IMG/VR virus record: IMGVR_UViG_3300025759_000009
Span: 1-54,618 of that record
Length of the DNA: 54,618 nt
Direction: 5' to 3' (one strand)
From: a virus
Taxonomy: Duplodnaviria > Caudoviricetes
The notes under the pieces were generated by a model. The model searched no databases and was not told the DNA's origin. It saw only the letters and a list, made by a program, of their open reading frames with translations. Positions 15,721-25,289 of the stretch are shown here, piece after piece. The translations under genes and the position numbers were made by a program. Every line of letters starts with the position of its first letter. Position 1 is the stretch's first letter.

Positions 15721-17401
15721 GTTCTTCTCCCGTTAGTCTTTCCCAGTTATCTGCAATCAGTCTATCAATTTGTGTTCGATTAAAATAGTATCCCAAACAA
15801 CATGCAGCTTTGTACTTTGTCCAAGAGAAATCCATTTCGCTGATCTGCACGCCTTTATTGCGCAGAATTTCTTTTTGCTTTGGCGTAGCGGCTTGGTTAA
15901 GCCACCGCTTTGACTTGTTTGCTGCGCTACTATCTTCAATCTCGCGCAAGAAATCATCCGCTGCGGCCATCGCTTGCACCTTCTCACCGATAGATACCAC
16001 TCTAACGCGCCCTGTCTGCGGCTTTACAATCGCCATCCAGTAGTTTCCGACCTTCGCCACCATAGTAAAGCCTTGGAAGCCTGTAGCCATCATTGCAGTG
16101 CCAAGACCATATGGATCAATCCACATGAATGGTGACATTTCCATGAGATCGTATTCGGTCATGACGAAGTTGTGCAATTCGTCTTTTTGCTTTTGCTGGA
16201 ACTCGTGTTCACAGATTGGGCAGACGCGCGTATTTGTTGCGACTTCGCTTTCGCACTCTGGGCAAACCTTAGTGGGAGCTTCCTCTCCTTCGCGCTTCTC
16301 TGCACCGTCTAGGTTTGCTGTTTCATCTAGCGTACCATGCGTGATGATTGATGTGCCAAAGTCCATGACGATGCAATCGGTCTTGATGGTATTTGGATAT
16401 AGCTCAGGATCAACGATGCGCAGTCCACGACCGATCATCTGCACCATTGTGCCCTTCTGAGAGCATGGGCGTGTCAAGACAACACACGAGACTGGGGGTG
16501 CATCAAAACCCTCTGTCAGCACCATTACGTTGACGATCACTTGCAGATCACCGAACTCAAGATCGTGCAGCATTTCGGCGCGTTTGTCTTTGGGCGTTTC
16601 TCCCGTAACAAAATTGGCTTTGATGCCAGCGCGAAGGTAGGCTTCGCAAACGTGTTCGGCATGTAAGACGGTTGAGCAAAACACTACTGTCTTGCGATCA
16701 CCAGCTTTCTCCATCCACTCATCCACGATACGTTCGTTGATGACTTGGCGATCCATAATCGCTGCGACCTCTTCCATGTCGTACTCTTTGCCACGGCGCG
16801 TCACATTATCCAGTTGGTCATTAACGCCCAGATCAACGACATAAGATGTAGGGCGCACAAGAAATCCTTCGCGGATTAGTGTCGCCATTTCGATCTGGTG
16901 TGCGCAGTTGTTGAATACATCGCGCAGACCCTTGCCATCCCCCCGGTTTGGAGTGGCTGTAAATCCCACAATCTCTGCGTCTTCGTTGTCTTCGATCACA
17001 GCGTCGATCACCTTGCGATAGGTGTCTGCGGCGGCGTGGTGGCTTTCGTCGATAACTACCATGTCAAACTTCGGGCGTTTGCGCAGGTTATTATCTCGCG
17101 ACATTGTTTGAACCATTGAGAATACAGCTTCGCCGTCCCAATGCTTTACAGTGCCGTTCACAATGCTTGTTGTGATGTATGGGTTAACGCGCTCGAACTT
17201 CTCTTTGTTCTGCTCAACTAGCTCATCCCTATGCTGGATGATTAGAACGCGCTTTCCCTTTTTGTATCTCTTGCCAACAAGGGCGGATAACATGATCGTT
17301 TTGCCTGCACCTGTGGGCGCGACTACGAGTGTGTTTTTGTGTTTGTCTAACGCTGTGCAAGCGTCAGATACAGCAACTTCTTGATAAGGTCTAAGTAACA
17401 T
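15707..17401 (-). CDS. SF2 DEAD/DEAH-box helicase with C-terminal Zn ribbon
   Basis: LRPYQ, PTGAGKT, DESHH, TATP, LTEGFD, QMIGRGLR, CPEC...CPIC. Confidence 0.95.
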   Translation of the reverse strand: MLLRPYQEVAVSDACTALDKHKNTLVVAPTGAGKTIMLSALVGKRYKKGKRVLIIQHRDELVEQNKEKFERVNPYITTSIVNGTVKHWDGEAVFSMVQTMSRDNNLRKRPKFDMVVIDESHHAAADTYRKVIDAVIEDNEDAEIVGFTATPNRGDGKGLRDVFNNCAHQIEMATLIREGFLVRPTSYVVDLGVNDQLDNVTRRGKEYDMEEVAAIMDRQVINERIVDEWMEKAGDRKTVVFCSTVLHAEHVCEAYLRAGIKANFVTGETPKDKRAEMLHDLEFGDLQVIVNVMVLTEGFDAPPVSCVVLTRPCSQKGTMVQMIGRGLRIVDPELYPNTIKTDCIVMDFGTSIITHGTLDETANLDGAEKREGEEAPTKVCPECESEVATNTRVCPICEHEFQQKQKDELHNFVMTEYDLMEMSPFMWIDPYGLGTAMMATGFQGFTMVAKVGNYWMAIVKPQTGRVRVVSIGEKVQAMAAADDFLREIEDSSAANKSKRWLNQAATPKQKEILRNKGVQISEMDFSWTKYKAACCLGYYFNRTQIDRLIADNWERLTGEEHGTI

Positions 17402-17404
17402 AGC

Positions 17405-17824
17405 TCAATCCAAATACTTAAAATCAGACAAAGGAATATGGACAACAGGTTCTACATCCTGCCAATCTCCACGATCAGTGCGACCACCAACAAGTACAGG
17501 CCAACCATAATTGAACGATGTATAACCTGTTCGGTCTTTCCACTTTACAACAAGAACACTAGATAATCCGCAAGCGTCCTGTAAGTTTTTAGCCGCTGAT
17601 ACTTTCGCTAAAGAAAGAATATATGTCCTGTATTTATCGTGAGTATTTTTTCGAATTTTTACTTCGCAAAATCCTGTGACTGCTTCACCAACCATTAGGC
17701 AGTAATCAAGGTGATATTGTTTAGGCATTTTTTCAAAACGTAACGGCGACCAGTAATTACAAAAACTTGAAATTACACTTTGCTCATTAATCAAATCTTG
17801 ACTTGTCTCATACGTTGGACGCAT
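17405..17824 (-). CDS. Putative PD-(D/E)XK-fold nuclease
   Basis: LDY...FCEVKIR motif; AGGAG SD. Confidence 0.6.
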   Translation of the reverse strand: MRPTYETSQDLINEQSVISSFCNYWSPLRFEKMPKQYHLDYCLMVGEAVTGFCEVKIRKNTHDKYRTYILSLAKVSAAKNLQDACGLSSVLVVKWKDRTGYTSFNYGWPVLVGGRTDRGDWQDVEPVVHIPLSDFKYLD

Positions 17825-17856
17825 GTGATTTCTCCTATTTGCTAGAATAGTAAGTT

Positions 17857-17923
17857 GGGGGGTTCGCGGCCCACGGCCCCCCTATCCGTGGTCTAGCAGG
17901 CGCGGAATGGCCCTGCCGCTAGA
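17857..17923 (-). ncRNA. Intergenic structured RNA: hairpin plus H-type pseudoknot
   Basis: UCUAG.GCAGG/CCUGCUAGA hairpin, then CCACGG-AUAGGGGGG-CCGUGG-GCCGCGAA-CCCCCC. Confidence 0.55.
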
Positions 17924-18538
17924 TTACCTTTGCGCCCAAGAAGGAACTGCACCGCTATTTTGTGCAGGAGCTTGTGGTGCAGCATTCGGAGCAATTGTGG
18001 TTTGTTGCATTGGAATACTGCCTTGGGGCAAAAATTCTGAGTTATCCGGCGTGAGAGCAGCCATAAGTTGGTTATTGTCTTTATAACCGTTGGTGCCCTT
18101 CTTAATGCCAACCTTAGCGCAAATCTCCATACCGCTCAAGTCCATCATACTGCTGATGTTGCGGTTTTGTTGCGCTTGTGGAGATACGTCCGCTGGGCTG
18201 ATGTTTCGTGCGCTTTCGACAATAGACTTCAACGTGCGCAGACCAATCTCTTTAGCAAGAGGCATACCGCTTGGGCCAATCTTATCGCCATCTACGAATA
18301 CGCTGTGCCAAAACTTGCGGCGGTCATACTCGCCACCGATGATTGTGAACTCAAGGTTCATCCACTTAGCGGATGTGCTTTGTGATTTCTTGAACCATGC
18401 GCCTTGACCGAATTCAGGCAATTCGATGTCGCCCTGTTGAACAAGAACTACTGCGCGAACCACAGAGCCACTAGGAATCAGAGAAAATTCTTGGTTATTT
18501 GGGTTTTCGTCTGCGGGTACATTATTAAAATTAAGCAT
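17924..18538 (-). CDS. Putative single-stranded DNA-binding protein (DUF669-like)
   Basis: FSLIP.G, LEFTII.GEY..RKFW, and a low-complexity tail ending VPSWAQR; located next to a Sak4-like ATPase. Confidence 0.75.
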   Translation of the reverse strand: MLNFNNVPADENPNNQEFSLIPSGSVVRAVVLVQQGDIELPEFGQGAWFKKSQSTSAKWMNLEFTIIGGEYDRRKFWHSVFVDGDKIGPSGMPLAKEIGLRTLKSIVESARNISPADVSPQAQQNRNISSMMDLSGMEICAKVGIKKGTNGYKDNNQLMAALTPDNSEFLPQGSIPMQQTTIAPNAAPQAPAQNSGAVPSWAQR

Positions 18539-19401
18539 TATACTTCTCCTTCGCTAGAAGTTTGAGTTGTAGGATCGACAAACGTAAGATCGTTGTCGGT
18601 TAATGGTGAGCCACTATTCATCTTTTCAATCAGCTTGCCAAGATGCGGCTCTTCTAATACGTCGAGACGCCCAGAACGGTCCTTGGCTGGGTAGCCCCAT
18701 TCGTTTAGCGGCTGACATACAAAGGCGCGATACTGACCATGATCTCCTGAGAGAACTGCCATTGTGATAACTTCGTCCACAATTCCCGGCAATTCACGAC
18801 CAGTCTTTGCGCCTTCGATCTGCATGTTGTATTGCTTGCGACCGTAATCGTCTGTGACTTCATCCAAGATGCCGACAAAGATCACGTTCTTTGTGCGGAT
18901 GTGCTGAATGTGTGTAAGCCACGACATCATCTCACGACCGTGCATTCCGTAAACAGCGCGAGTATCGACCTTGCCAGAACGCTCAGAGCGCGCTTCAGGC
19001 TGTTGTAAGCACCACTGGAAGCACAAACGTCCTGCTACGGTGATTGAGTCCACAAACAGCGTATCGTACTTCTGCCATACGTCTGAGGAGTCGCCATACA
19101 TCTGCGCCACATAGTCGTAGTGCGACTGACCATATGGCTGGTCTTCTGATAAGGATGGGTTTGCACCGCCCAAGAAGCACGCAAGGTCACGACATTCTAC
19201 CCATGTGCGAGGACGCACAACATCGATAGGATGTCCTTCGATTGCTGTATCACCAGCTTCCAAGTCCATAAACAAGGTAGTTGCTGGATTGAGCGTGCGA
19301 GCCAGTGTGGTTTTACCCACACCGCTTGATCCACACACCACAATCTTGTGGCCCTTTTTCTCAGCTAAACGCTGATCTGCTGTGATAATCTGCAAAGCCA
19401 T
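18538..19401 (-). CDS. Sak4-like/AAA_24 ATPase (recombination, single-strand annealing)
   Basis: GSSGVGKT, DLEAG, VDSIT and AKDRSGRL motifs; ATG 19401. Confidence 0.85.
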   Translation of the reverse strand: MALQIITADQRLAEKKGHKIVVCGSSGVGKTTLARTLNPATTLFMDLEAGDTAIEGHPIDVVRPRTWVECRDLACFLGGANPSLSEDQPYGQSHYDYVAQMYGDSSDVWQKYDTLFVDSITVAGRLCFQWCLQQPEARSERSGKVDTRAVYGMHGREMMSWLTHIQHIRTKNVIFVGILDEVTDDYGRKQYNMQIEGAKTGRELPGIVDEVITMAVLSGDHGQYRAFVCQPLNEWGYPAKDRSGRLDVLEEPHLGKLIEKMNSGSPLTDNDLTFVDPTTQTSSEGEV

Positions 19402-19799
19402 TATTCTACCTCCTCGACTGTAACGCGGCCTGTCTCTACTGTACGGCACTCTTCAAGCTCACTTCTGATAGCTGGAGGTGCGGCTGTGAATTTGCGCTCT
19501 TCTACGGCAAACGTCAGCTTTCCGTAGTGATGTGCATCTTCTGGAGACATAGCGTTCAACTTGTCACGCAGCTTGTCTTGATCCCATGATACTTTCTTAC
19601 CAACAGTTACCTTGAGCCTTTGGTTGCCCTCTGTGATTTGGGCAGTGCCAAAGTCTTTACCGTTGGAGCGCAGCACATCTTTTGCTACAGGTAGAAATAT
19701 ATCTGAGAGTTGTTCTTCAACGTCTTTGAGTTCAAGGCGCATCTCACTGATGACGTACTTGAGTTCGTCTCGACGCTCGAATAGCTCACGACTGTTCAT
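19401..19799 (-). CDS. Conserved hypothetical protein of the recombination module
   Basis: KDFGT...KKVSWDQDKL...V.ERKF.A.P; ATG 19799 after AAGGA; promoter TTGACG at 19865. Confidence 0.8.
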   Translation of the reverse strand: MNSRELFERRDELKYVISEMRLELKDVEEQLSDIFLPVAKDVLRSNGKDFGTAQITEGNQRLKVTVGKKVSWDQDKLRDKLNAMSPEDAHHYGKLTFAVEERKFTAAPPAIRSELEECRTVETGRVTVEEVE

Positions 19800-19861
19800 G
19801 TCGTTTCCTTTCCGCTTTAAGTTACTAGAGTCCCAAACATAACCATATGGCGTGGGGTACG

Positions 19862-20236
19862 TCAAGCACTTTTTTTAGAAAGAAATATTTCTATGCCCAG
19901 ACAGGCCTTCATGAGCTTCTTTTTTAGTTTAAATTCAGGAGTTTCAACGCCCTTGGCATCTTCAACAATTTCGTGCCACTCGCCGTCCTTGTCTTCGCGC
20001 TTGTAGCGGAAGTCAGCAATATAGGCGCATATCTTTTGTTCGTTAACGATCAGGTTGTAGCGCACTTGTAGCTCTAAGTCTTTAACACGCCCAGCGCGTT
20101 CGAGCGACTTGATGTACAGATAGCGTTCGCCTTCCCACTTAGAATCGAACTTGATGCCATCTATCGTGACCTTCTTATTTCCATACTTGGGTCTTGACCC
20201 ACGCCGCTTGGGATTATATACAGTTGAAAAGGTCAT
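19862..20236 (-). CDS. DUF1064-family endonuclease
   Basis: KYGNKKV.IDGIKFDSK.E, YIADF.Y, VEDAKG, F.LKKKL. Confidence 0.85.
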   Translation of the reverse strand: MTFSTVYNPKRRGSRPKYGNKKVTIDGIKFDSKWEGERYLYIKSLERAGRVKDLELQVRYNLIVNEQKICAYIADFRYKREDKDGEWHEIVEDAKGVETPEFKLKKKLMKACLGIEIFLSKKSA

Positions 20237-20255
20237 TTATGGGAAGGAATCTCCA

Positions 20256-20471
20256 ATGCCAAACCCCGGTAAGTACAAATCCGTAGGTGTTTCTATAGAC
20301 GCTTATGACAAGTTGGTAGCCATTGCGGATCACGAGGATCGTGCGATTGGCCGTCAGCTTTCGCGTATGATTGAAGAAACATACGAAAACATTCGGCTTG
20401 ATGTCAAGCCGTCCTATACGATCCCAGCCGCTTCGGGAATTGGTGGGATCGCGTCAGTCATTGAAGACTAG
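20256..20471 (+). CDS. Ribbon-helix-helix DNA-binding protein (71 aa)
   Basis: YKSVGVSIDAYDKLVAIADHEDRAIGRQLSRMIEE beta-alpha-alpha pattern; AAGGA SD; lone plus-strand gene here. Confidence 0.7.
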   Translation: MPNPGKYKSVGVSIDAYDKLVAIADHEDRAIGRQLSRMIEETYENIRLDVKPSYTIPAASGIGGIASVIED

Positions 20472-23400
20472 AGTAAACCAGCGTTACCTAATCCACCTAG
20501 TAAAGTCGATGCAATGTACGGGTTAGATTTCGCTCTTTCCCGTAAGTTCATTTGCTGTCTAATGACTTCTGGATTTATTGACTGAGTTATTTGCATGTCA
20601 TCAATAGAGACTGGCATTGCAACTTCTGGAACACTTGTTCGGGTTGGAGCGGGTGCGGGGCCAACAGCCTCTTGATCTGCCAGTAACGCTCTTGCGCCAC
20701 CTTGACGAATCGCAGTCTTTCCACGGTTAGCGGCTTGCAATCCTGCGAGTAAACCTTGCCCAGCACCAGTTGCTCGCTCTGTAAGAGAGGCACCAGAGCC
20801 TGTGACCTGAGCAAATGATTCATTCAGCACTTGTGATAAACTTTGCGCGGTGGCTTGTGGGCTTGTGCGGCCAGCCTTTAATTCTATTGCCGCTCTTATG
20901 GTTTGTGGGTTGTTGAGAACATAGTTCAATGCTTTGAACCTAATTCCCTTTTTGAAGTTCTTAGCTGGGTTTGTGACCATACCTGTGCGAATAGCGTCTG
21001 CTGCAAGAGAGCCTGCGCCAGTTTTACCCGTATCGCTGAGAAGAACTAACATGTCAGAAAGCTCTTTAATGTCTGCAACTTGCTGCTTACCCAAAACTTT
21101 GTTTAACATGTCTGGCTTGTAAGCCTCTAAAGCCTTTCGTAGCGAAGACGCTGCTGCTTCATTTACAAATATATCTTCATCTACTGAGCCAAGAATATCA
21201 CTTATAATTGTTCGTTTTATTGTTTCTTTGGCTGCGTCATTGCCGTCAAAGAACTTCATAACTCTGTCCATTTGTGAGGCAGAGGTGTTTTTGTTTAGGA
21301 GAATAGTAGCTGCCTCTTCAGGCTGTATGGTTCCGTCAGCCAAATCCTTCAAGGCTTTGGAGGACAGTGCTTTTTCAAGACCGATCTGAGCATCCTGAAC
21401 GCTACGCAATGTTGTAATGATGTCATCGCTAGGATTCTGAGCCACAATCCTTTGCATCATTTGGTCGTCAATTTTCTTGACGCCATTAAAAGAAAGAGCT
21501 TTAGCCAGATTCTGAACTTCGCCCCACTGATCTTCAAACAACAGCTTGCCAGACTTGCCCAGCTTCTTAATCTTGTTGTTAAACTGAACACCATTGAAGG
21601 CTAATGGATCACCGAAGTCTTTGTTCGCTACCAGCAATGCGTCATCGAGATAGCTCTTCGCCAATGTCTGGCGTAGCTCATCACGACTTATTTGTGATAT
21701 AGAGCTATCGGCAGCATTCAAGACTGCGGCTATTCTTTTAGGGCTATCAGTAATTCTGTCAAAAAGACGACCTGCCGTTAGCTTTACGTTCTCACCTGAA
21801 TCACCAAGATTCCGAATGATCCCTAAAGTCTCTAGCTCGTTAAACAGCTTGATCTCACTTCGGTAAGCATCGCGAGCATCTAGCAATTGACCCATCGCTT
21901 TTTTGACTGTTTTTGCGTTTTGAGGCCCACCTACACCTGTGAGCTTCAGGCCACCAGATTTATAATTACTAGGGTCCATCATGCGATCAATGTCGCCCTT
22001 CAAGCTATTTAACAGGCGTCTAGGTGTGGTGTCTTTGATTCCCAGTGCTGGGTCCATCAGTGTGTCGTTTATATTTTTGCGAAGCTCTTTCAGGCCGTTG
22101 AAGGTTGTGAACCCTTCCTTAGCACCAGATGAATTCAACTGATCTATCTGACGGCCTATCTCCAAAAACTCATCAGGCGCAACTTTGTTCGCACCCGCGT
22201 ACTGACTGTCTATAATGTCTCCGAATCTGGTCTGCATTGCCTTTATATCAAAAATAGGCAATTCTCCGCCGACAACTTCTCTTGTAACGCCATTGAGTGT
22301 TACAGGGCCTTTCACTTCGGACAAAGTGTCGTCAACCAACTTGAACTGTTGCTTGCTTTGTTTCATGAACTCTTCGTAGTTCTTAACAAGGGACTCAAGA
22401 ACGAAATCGTCTATCTCTCCACCAGTCTTTGTGGTTTTGGTGAGCATAGATATTGTGTCATCAATAGCTTTCATGTGAGCGTCTTGTGCAGACTTCAATC
22501 CAGATTCAAGCTGTTTAGCCTTTTGCGGAACTGAGTCTTTTATTACTCTAGCCAAGTCATCAATGGTAGAAATGCCAGCTTCCCCAAGCAATTTATCACG
22601 CTCGTTTAGGGCAAATCTAATATTCGTCATGGCTCTTTTTTGTTCGTTGCCGCCTATAGCCCCTGCGATCTGTGATGTCTTTGATAGGCCAGCGGGAAGA
22701 CCTGCCGCGCCATAGCTAGGCAAGCCCGGAACATCCGCGTCCATAATTTTTAAAGCAAGGTTAGCCTGATCTGCACCTAGCTCGCGTTCGACTTGGCCCA
22801 TAGCACGAGCGCCTGCGTTTACGCCTTTACCAGCCGCACCTATTGCAGCTTTGCCAAGTTTAAAGATAGCGTTACCCGCGAAGTCCAAAGTACCCGCAAG
22901 GGCAGCTTCTCTTGCTACATCAACACCAATTTCGCCTAAAGACTGTCTTTGAATGCCCAATAGGCTTTCAATACCTTCTTCAGCCGCTTGACCTAAGCCT
23001 GCGCCAGCGGCTGCACCAGCCGCGCCTGTCACCAAGCCCGGAGCGCCTAAGATGCCACCAATAACCGCGCCAATTGTTTCGGGGGCAATACCTGCTAAAT
23101 CTGATACGTCCCGAAAGCTAAGACCTTCTTCCTCAAGAATAAGGTTTTGACCAATAGGCTCCATGCCTTGACTAACCTGACCAGCCTCAGTCAGTGCGAG
23201 ACGACCTTTTGAGTCTTTTGTGTAGCCTTCTTCACCCACCATTTTACGCAGAATAAGTTCTTTTTCTTCTGGGGTTTCTCCAAAAGAAACTAGAGAACGT
23301 ATCTTGCCACCAGCGCCAGTTTCGTAATCAAAACCTTCGTCTCTTCCTGAAAGTGACTGGTCTAAATCGGCAAAACTTTTAGGGCGGCTCATGCCAAGAG

Positions 23401-23500
23401 AACTGCCTTGAGACGCTCGAAACTCTTTCAACAAGTCTTGAGGAGACCGTTCTGCTTTTTGACTATCTCTAAATTGACGCAGTTGCTCTTGAGGGGTCAT
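20468..23500 (-). CDS. Large internal virion (ejection) protein
   Basis: 1010 aa, helical and Ala/Gly-rich, with a hydrophobic GAVIGGILGAPG segment; last gene of the morphogenesis operon. Confidence 0.7.
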   Translation of the reverse strand: MTPQEQLRQFRDSQKAERSPQDLLKEFRASQGSSLGMSRPKSFADLDQSLSGRDEGFDYETGAGGKIRSLVSFGETPEEKELILRKMVGEEGYTKDSKGRLALTEAGQVSQGMEPIGQNLILEEEGLSFRDVSDLAGIAPETIGAVIGGILGAPGLVTGAAGAAAGAGLGQAAEEGIESLLGIQRQSLGEIGVDVAREAALAGTLDFAGNAIFKLGKAAIGAAGKGVNAGARAMGQVERELGADQANLALKIMDADVPGLPSYGAAGLPAGLSKTSQIAGAIGGNEQKRAMTNIRFALNERDKLLGEAGISTIDDLARVIKDSVPQKAKQLESGLKSAQDAHMKAIDDTISMLTKTTKTGGEIDDFVLESLVKNYEEFMKQSKQQFKLVDDTLSEVKGPVTLNGVTREVVGGELPIFDIKAMQTRFGDIIDSQYAGANKVAPDEFLEIGRQIDQLNSSGAKEGFTTFNGLKELRKNINDTLMDPALGIKDTTPRRLLNSLKGDIDRMMDPSNYKSGGLKLTGVGGPQNAKTVKKAMGQLLDARDAYRSEIKLFNELETLGIIRNLGDSGENVKLTAGRLFDRITDSPKRIAAVLNAADSSISQISRDELRQTLAKSYLDDALLVANKDFGDPLAFNGVQFNNKIKKLGKSGKLLFEDQWGEVQNLAKALSFNGVKKIDDQMMQRIVAQNPSDDIITTLRSVQDAQIGLEKALSSKALKDLADGTIQPEEAATILLNKNTSASQMDRVMKFFDGNDAAKETIKRTIISDILGSVDEDIFVNEAAASSLRKALEAYKPDMLNKVLGKQQVADIKELSDMLVLLSDTGKTGAGSLAADAIRTGMVTNPAKNFKKGIRFKALNYVLNNPQTIRAAIELKAGRTSPQATAQSLSQVLNESFAQVTGSGASLTERATGAGQGLLAGLQAANRGKTAIRQGGARALLADQEAVGPAPAPTRTSVPEVAMPVSIDDMQITQSINPEVIRQQMNLRERAKSNPYIASTLLGGLGNAGLL

Positions 23501-23514
23501 TTCAAATCTCCACG

Positions 23515-25278
23515 CTATTTAAAGTCATCTAATGTATAATTAGTACCATAAGTTTTGTTCATTGCGTCAAGTTCAGCTTGAGTAGGCACGTCTGAAACAT
23601 TTCCGCCAAACTTAATTCCTGCGTTTTGCTCCAGCCACCCTACAGCACGATCAAGGTTTCTTTGAGGCTTCAAGACAGTCAAGTCATAAATTTCATCAAG
23701 TTGCTTTTTAATCAACTCAACGTCACCACTTGTCCAAGAAATCTTGCCAATACGATCTTTAACAAGTTGTCGATCAGTATCCGAGAGGGTTTTTCCAGAC
23801 TCTTTTAAAATGTTTGTAGCCTCATCAATCGCTAGATTGTTCAACATACGCTTGGCGTCTGATACTGTGCTTGGCATATCCCCCGCAGCAATACCAAAAT
23901 TTCTTAATGTTTGCTTCATTCCACCCAAAATTTGTTTTGGAACAGATATGCCCTCATTTAAATTAGCTATCAAAACTTCAAACTTTTTTGCGCCTGAGTT
24001 AATACTGTCTTGGTACTCTATAAAGCGTTGAGCGATTGTTTCGGGGGTTTCAGCCAACTTAAACGAAGTTGGCGTAATTCCTTTGTAGTTTGATGCGGCA
24101 GGCGCAGCTAATACTTGAAGTTCAGGTGGAACATCATCAGCTTTTCCTCCGATCAAAGATACTCGTTCATATGAATCCCATTGGTCCCCAAGGTCAACGC
24201 CTTCTGCACGTTTCTCTAAAATAGCCATGCGATCAGAGCCATTAACAAAATCAAACTGCTTTTCAAAGTTTGGGTCCATGATTAGCTTGTTAAGCTCATA
24301 TTTATTAAGATCAACAAACTGACCCTGATCGAAGCCTTCAAACTCAGAACCTTCAGCGCCTTTTTTGTAAACCCAATACTTGCCACGATCCATAGCCTTT
24401 TCGCGCGCGGCTGCTCGCTTTGCAGTATCCGCAGACTCCATCTCTAGGGCATACTTGCCACCAGCCAGAGCGCCCTGTCTAGCGCGCTCCTTCGCTCGCT
24501 GTAACGCAGGCATTGCCTTGTCGCCAGCTTCGCCAACAGACTGTAGCATCTTGCCAACATTGAATTTCTTGCCTGCCTTGTTTTGCATAAGAGCAAGACC
24601 AAACGCCATAAGAGCGTCTTTCTTGTCTACTTTGCCGCTAGTATTAATGCCCGTAGCTTCTGAGAATGCCTTTTTGTACTCTTCAATAGTCCGCTTTTTA
24701 GGGGCATCTGGACCCGCACCACGAGCAGCTTCAAAAAAATCATCCATAGCCGCAAGGAAGCCTTCATCGGCTTGCTCTTGAGTGACCGCAGCTTCAGAAA
24801 TACCCATAGAGTTTAAGCCACCTTGCGAACCTGCAAGTTTTGCCTCATTTGCTCTAAATGCTTCTGCGGCTTCGCCTTGTGCTTTTTTCTTAGCGGCTTG
24901 CTCCATTTGGTATTCTACGTCTAAACCAGACATATCTATTTCTGGCAATTCTAGTGCTTGATCCGTAGCAGAATCTAATGGAAGACCAAGACCTCCAAAC
25001 TCACCTTCACGGTTGGCTAGTTCAGCGGCGGCAAGTGCGTTTCCAGCTTCGGCTTGATTTGCGAGAACGCTAGGATCAATTCCTTTATAAGCACCTTTTG
25101 CCCTGTCTTCGAAAAAAGAATCTATGCCTCCTATGTCGGAAAAGTCACTGCCCAAACCGGGAAACTCAGTGCTAACAGGCATTCTACCCAAACCTTGCCC
25201 TTGAGCCATCTGTAAAAATTCTTCTGGCGTCATGTTGGCAAATGGGTCTGCGCCGTAAATTCCTGATAGTTCAGCCAT
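23515..25278 (-). CDS. Internal virion (ejection) protein
   Basis: 587 aa; ALMAFGLALM segment; position in the ejection-protein cluster. Confidence 0.65.
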   Translation of the reverse strand: MAELSGIYGADPFANMTPEEFLQMAQGQGLGRMPVSTEFPGLGSDFSDIGGIDSFFEDRAKGAYKGIDPSVLANQAEAGNALAAAELANREGEFGGLGLPLDSATDQALELPEIDMSGLDVEYQMEQAAKKKAQGEAAEAFRANEAKLAGSQGGLNSMGISEAAVTQEQADEGFLAAMDDFFEAARGAGPDAPKKRTIEEYKKAFSEATGINTSGKVDKKDALMAFGLALMQNKAGKKFNVGKMLQSVGEAGDKAMPALQRAKERARQGALAGGKYALEMESADTAKRAAAREKAMDRGKYWVYKKGAEGSEFEGFDQGQFVDLNKYELNKLIMDPNFEKQFDFVNGSDRMAILEKRAEGVDLGDQWDSYERVSLIGGKADDVPPELQVLAAPAASNYKGITPTSFKLAETPETIAQRFIEYQDSINSGAKKFEVLIANLNEGISVPKQILGGMKQTLRNFGIAAGDMPSTVSDAKRMLNNLAIDEATNILKESGKTLSDTDRQLVKDRIGKISWTSGDVELIKKQLDEIYDLTVLKPQRNLDRAVGWLEQNAGIKFGGNVSDVPTQAELDAMNKTYGTNYTLDDFK

Positions 25279-25289
25279 GATTTACCTCT

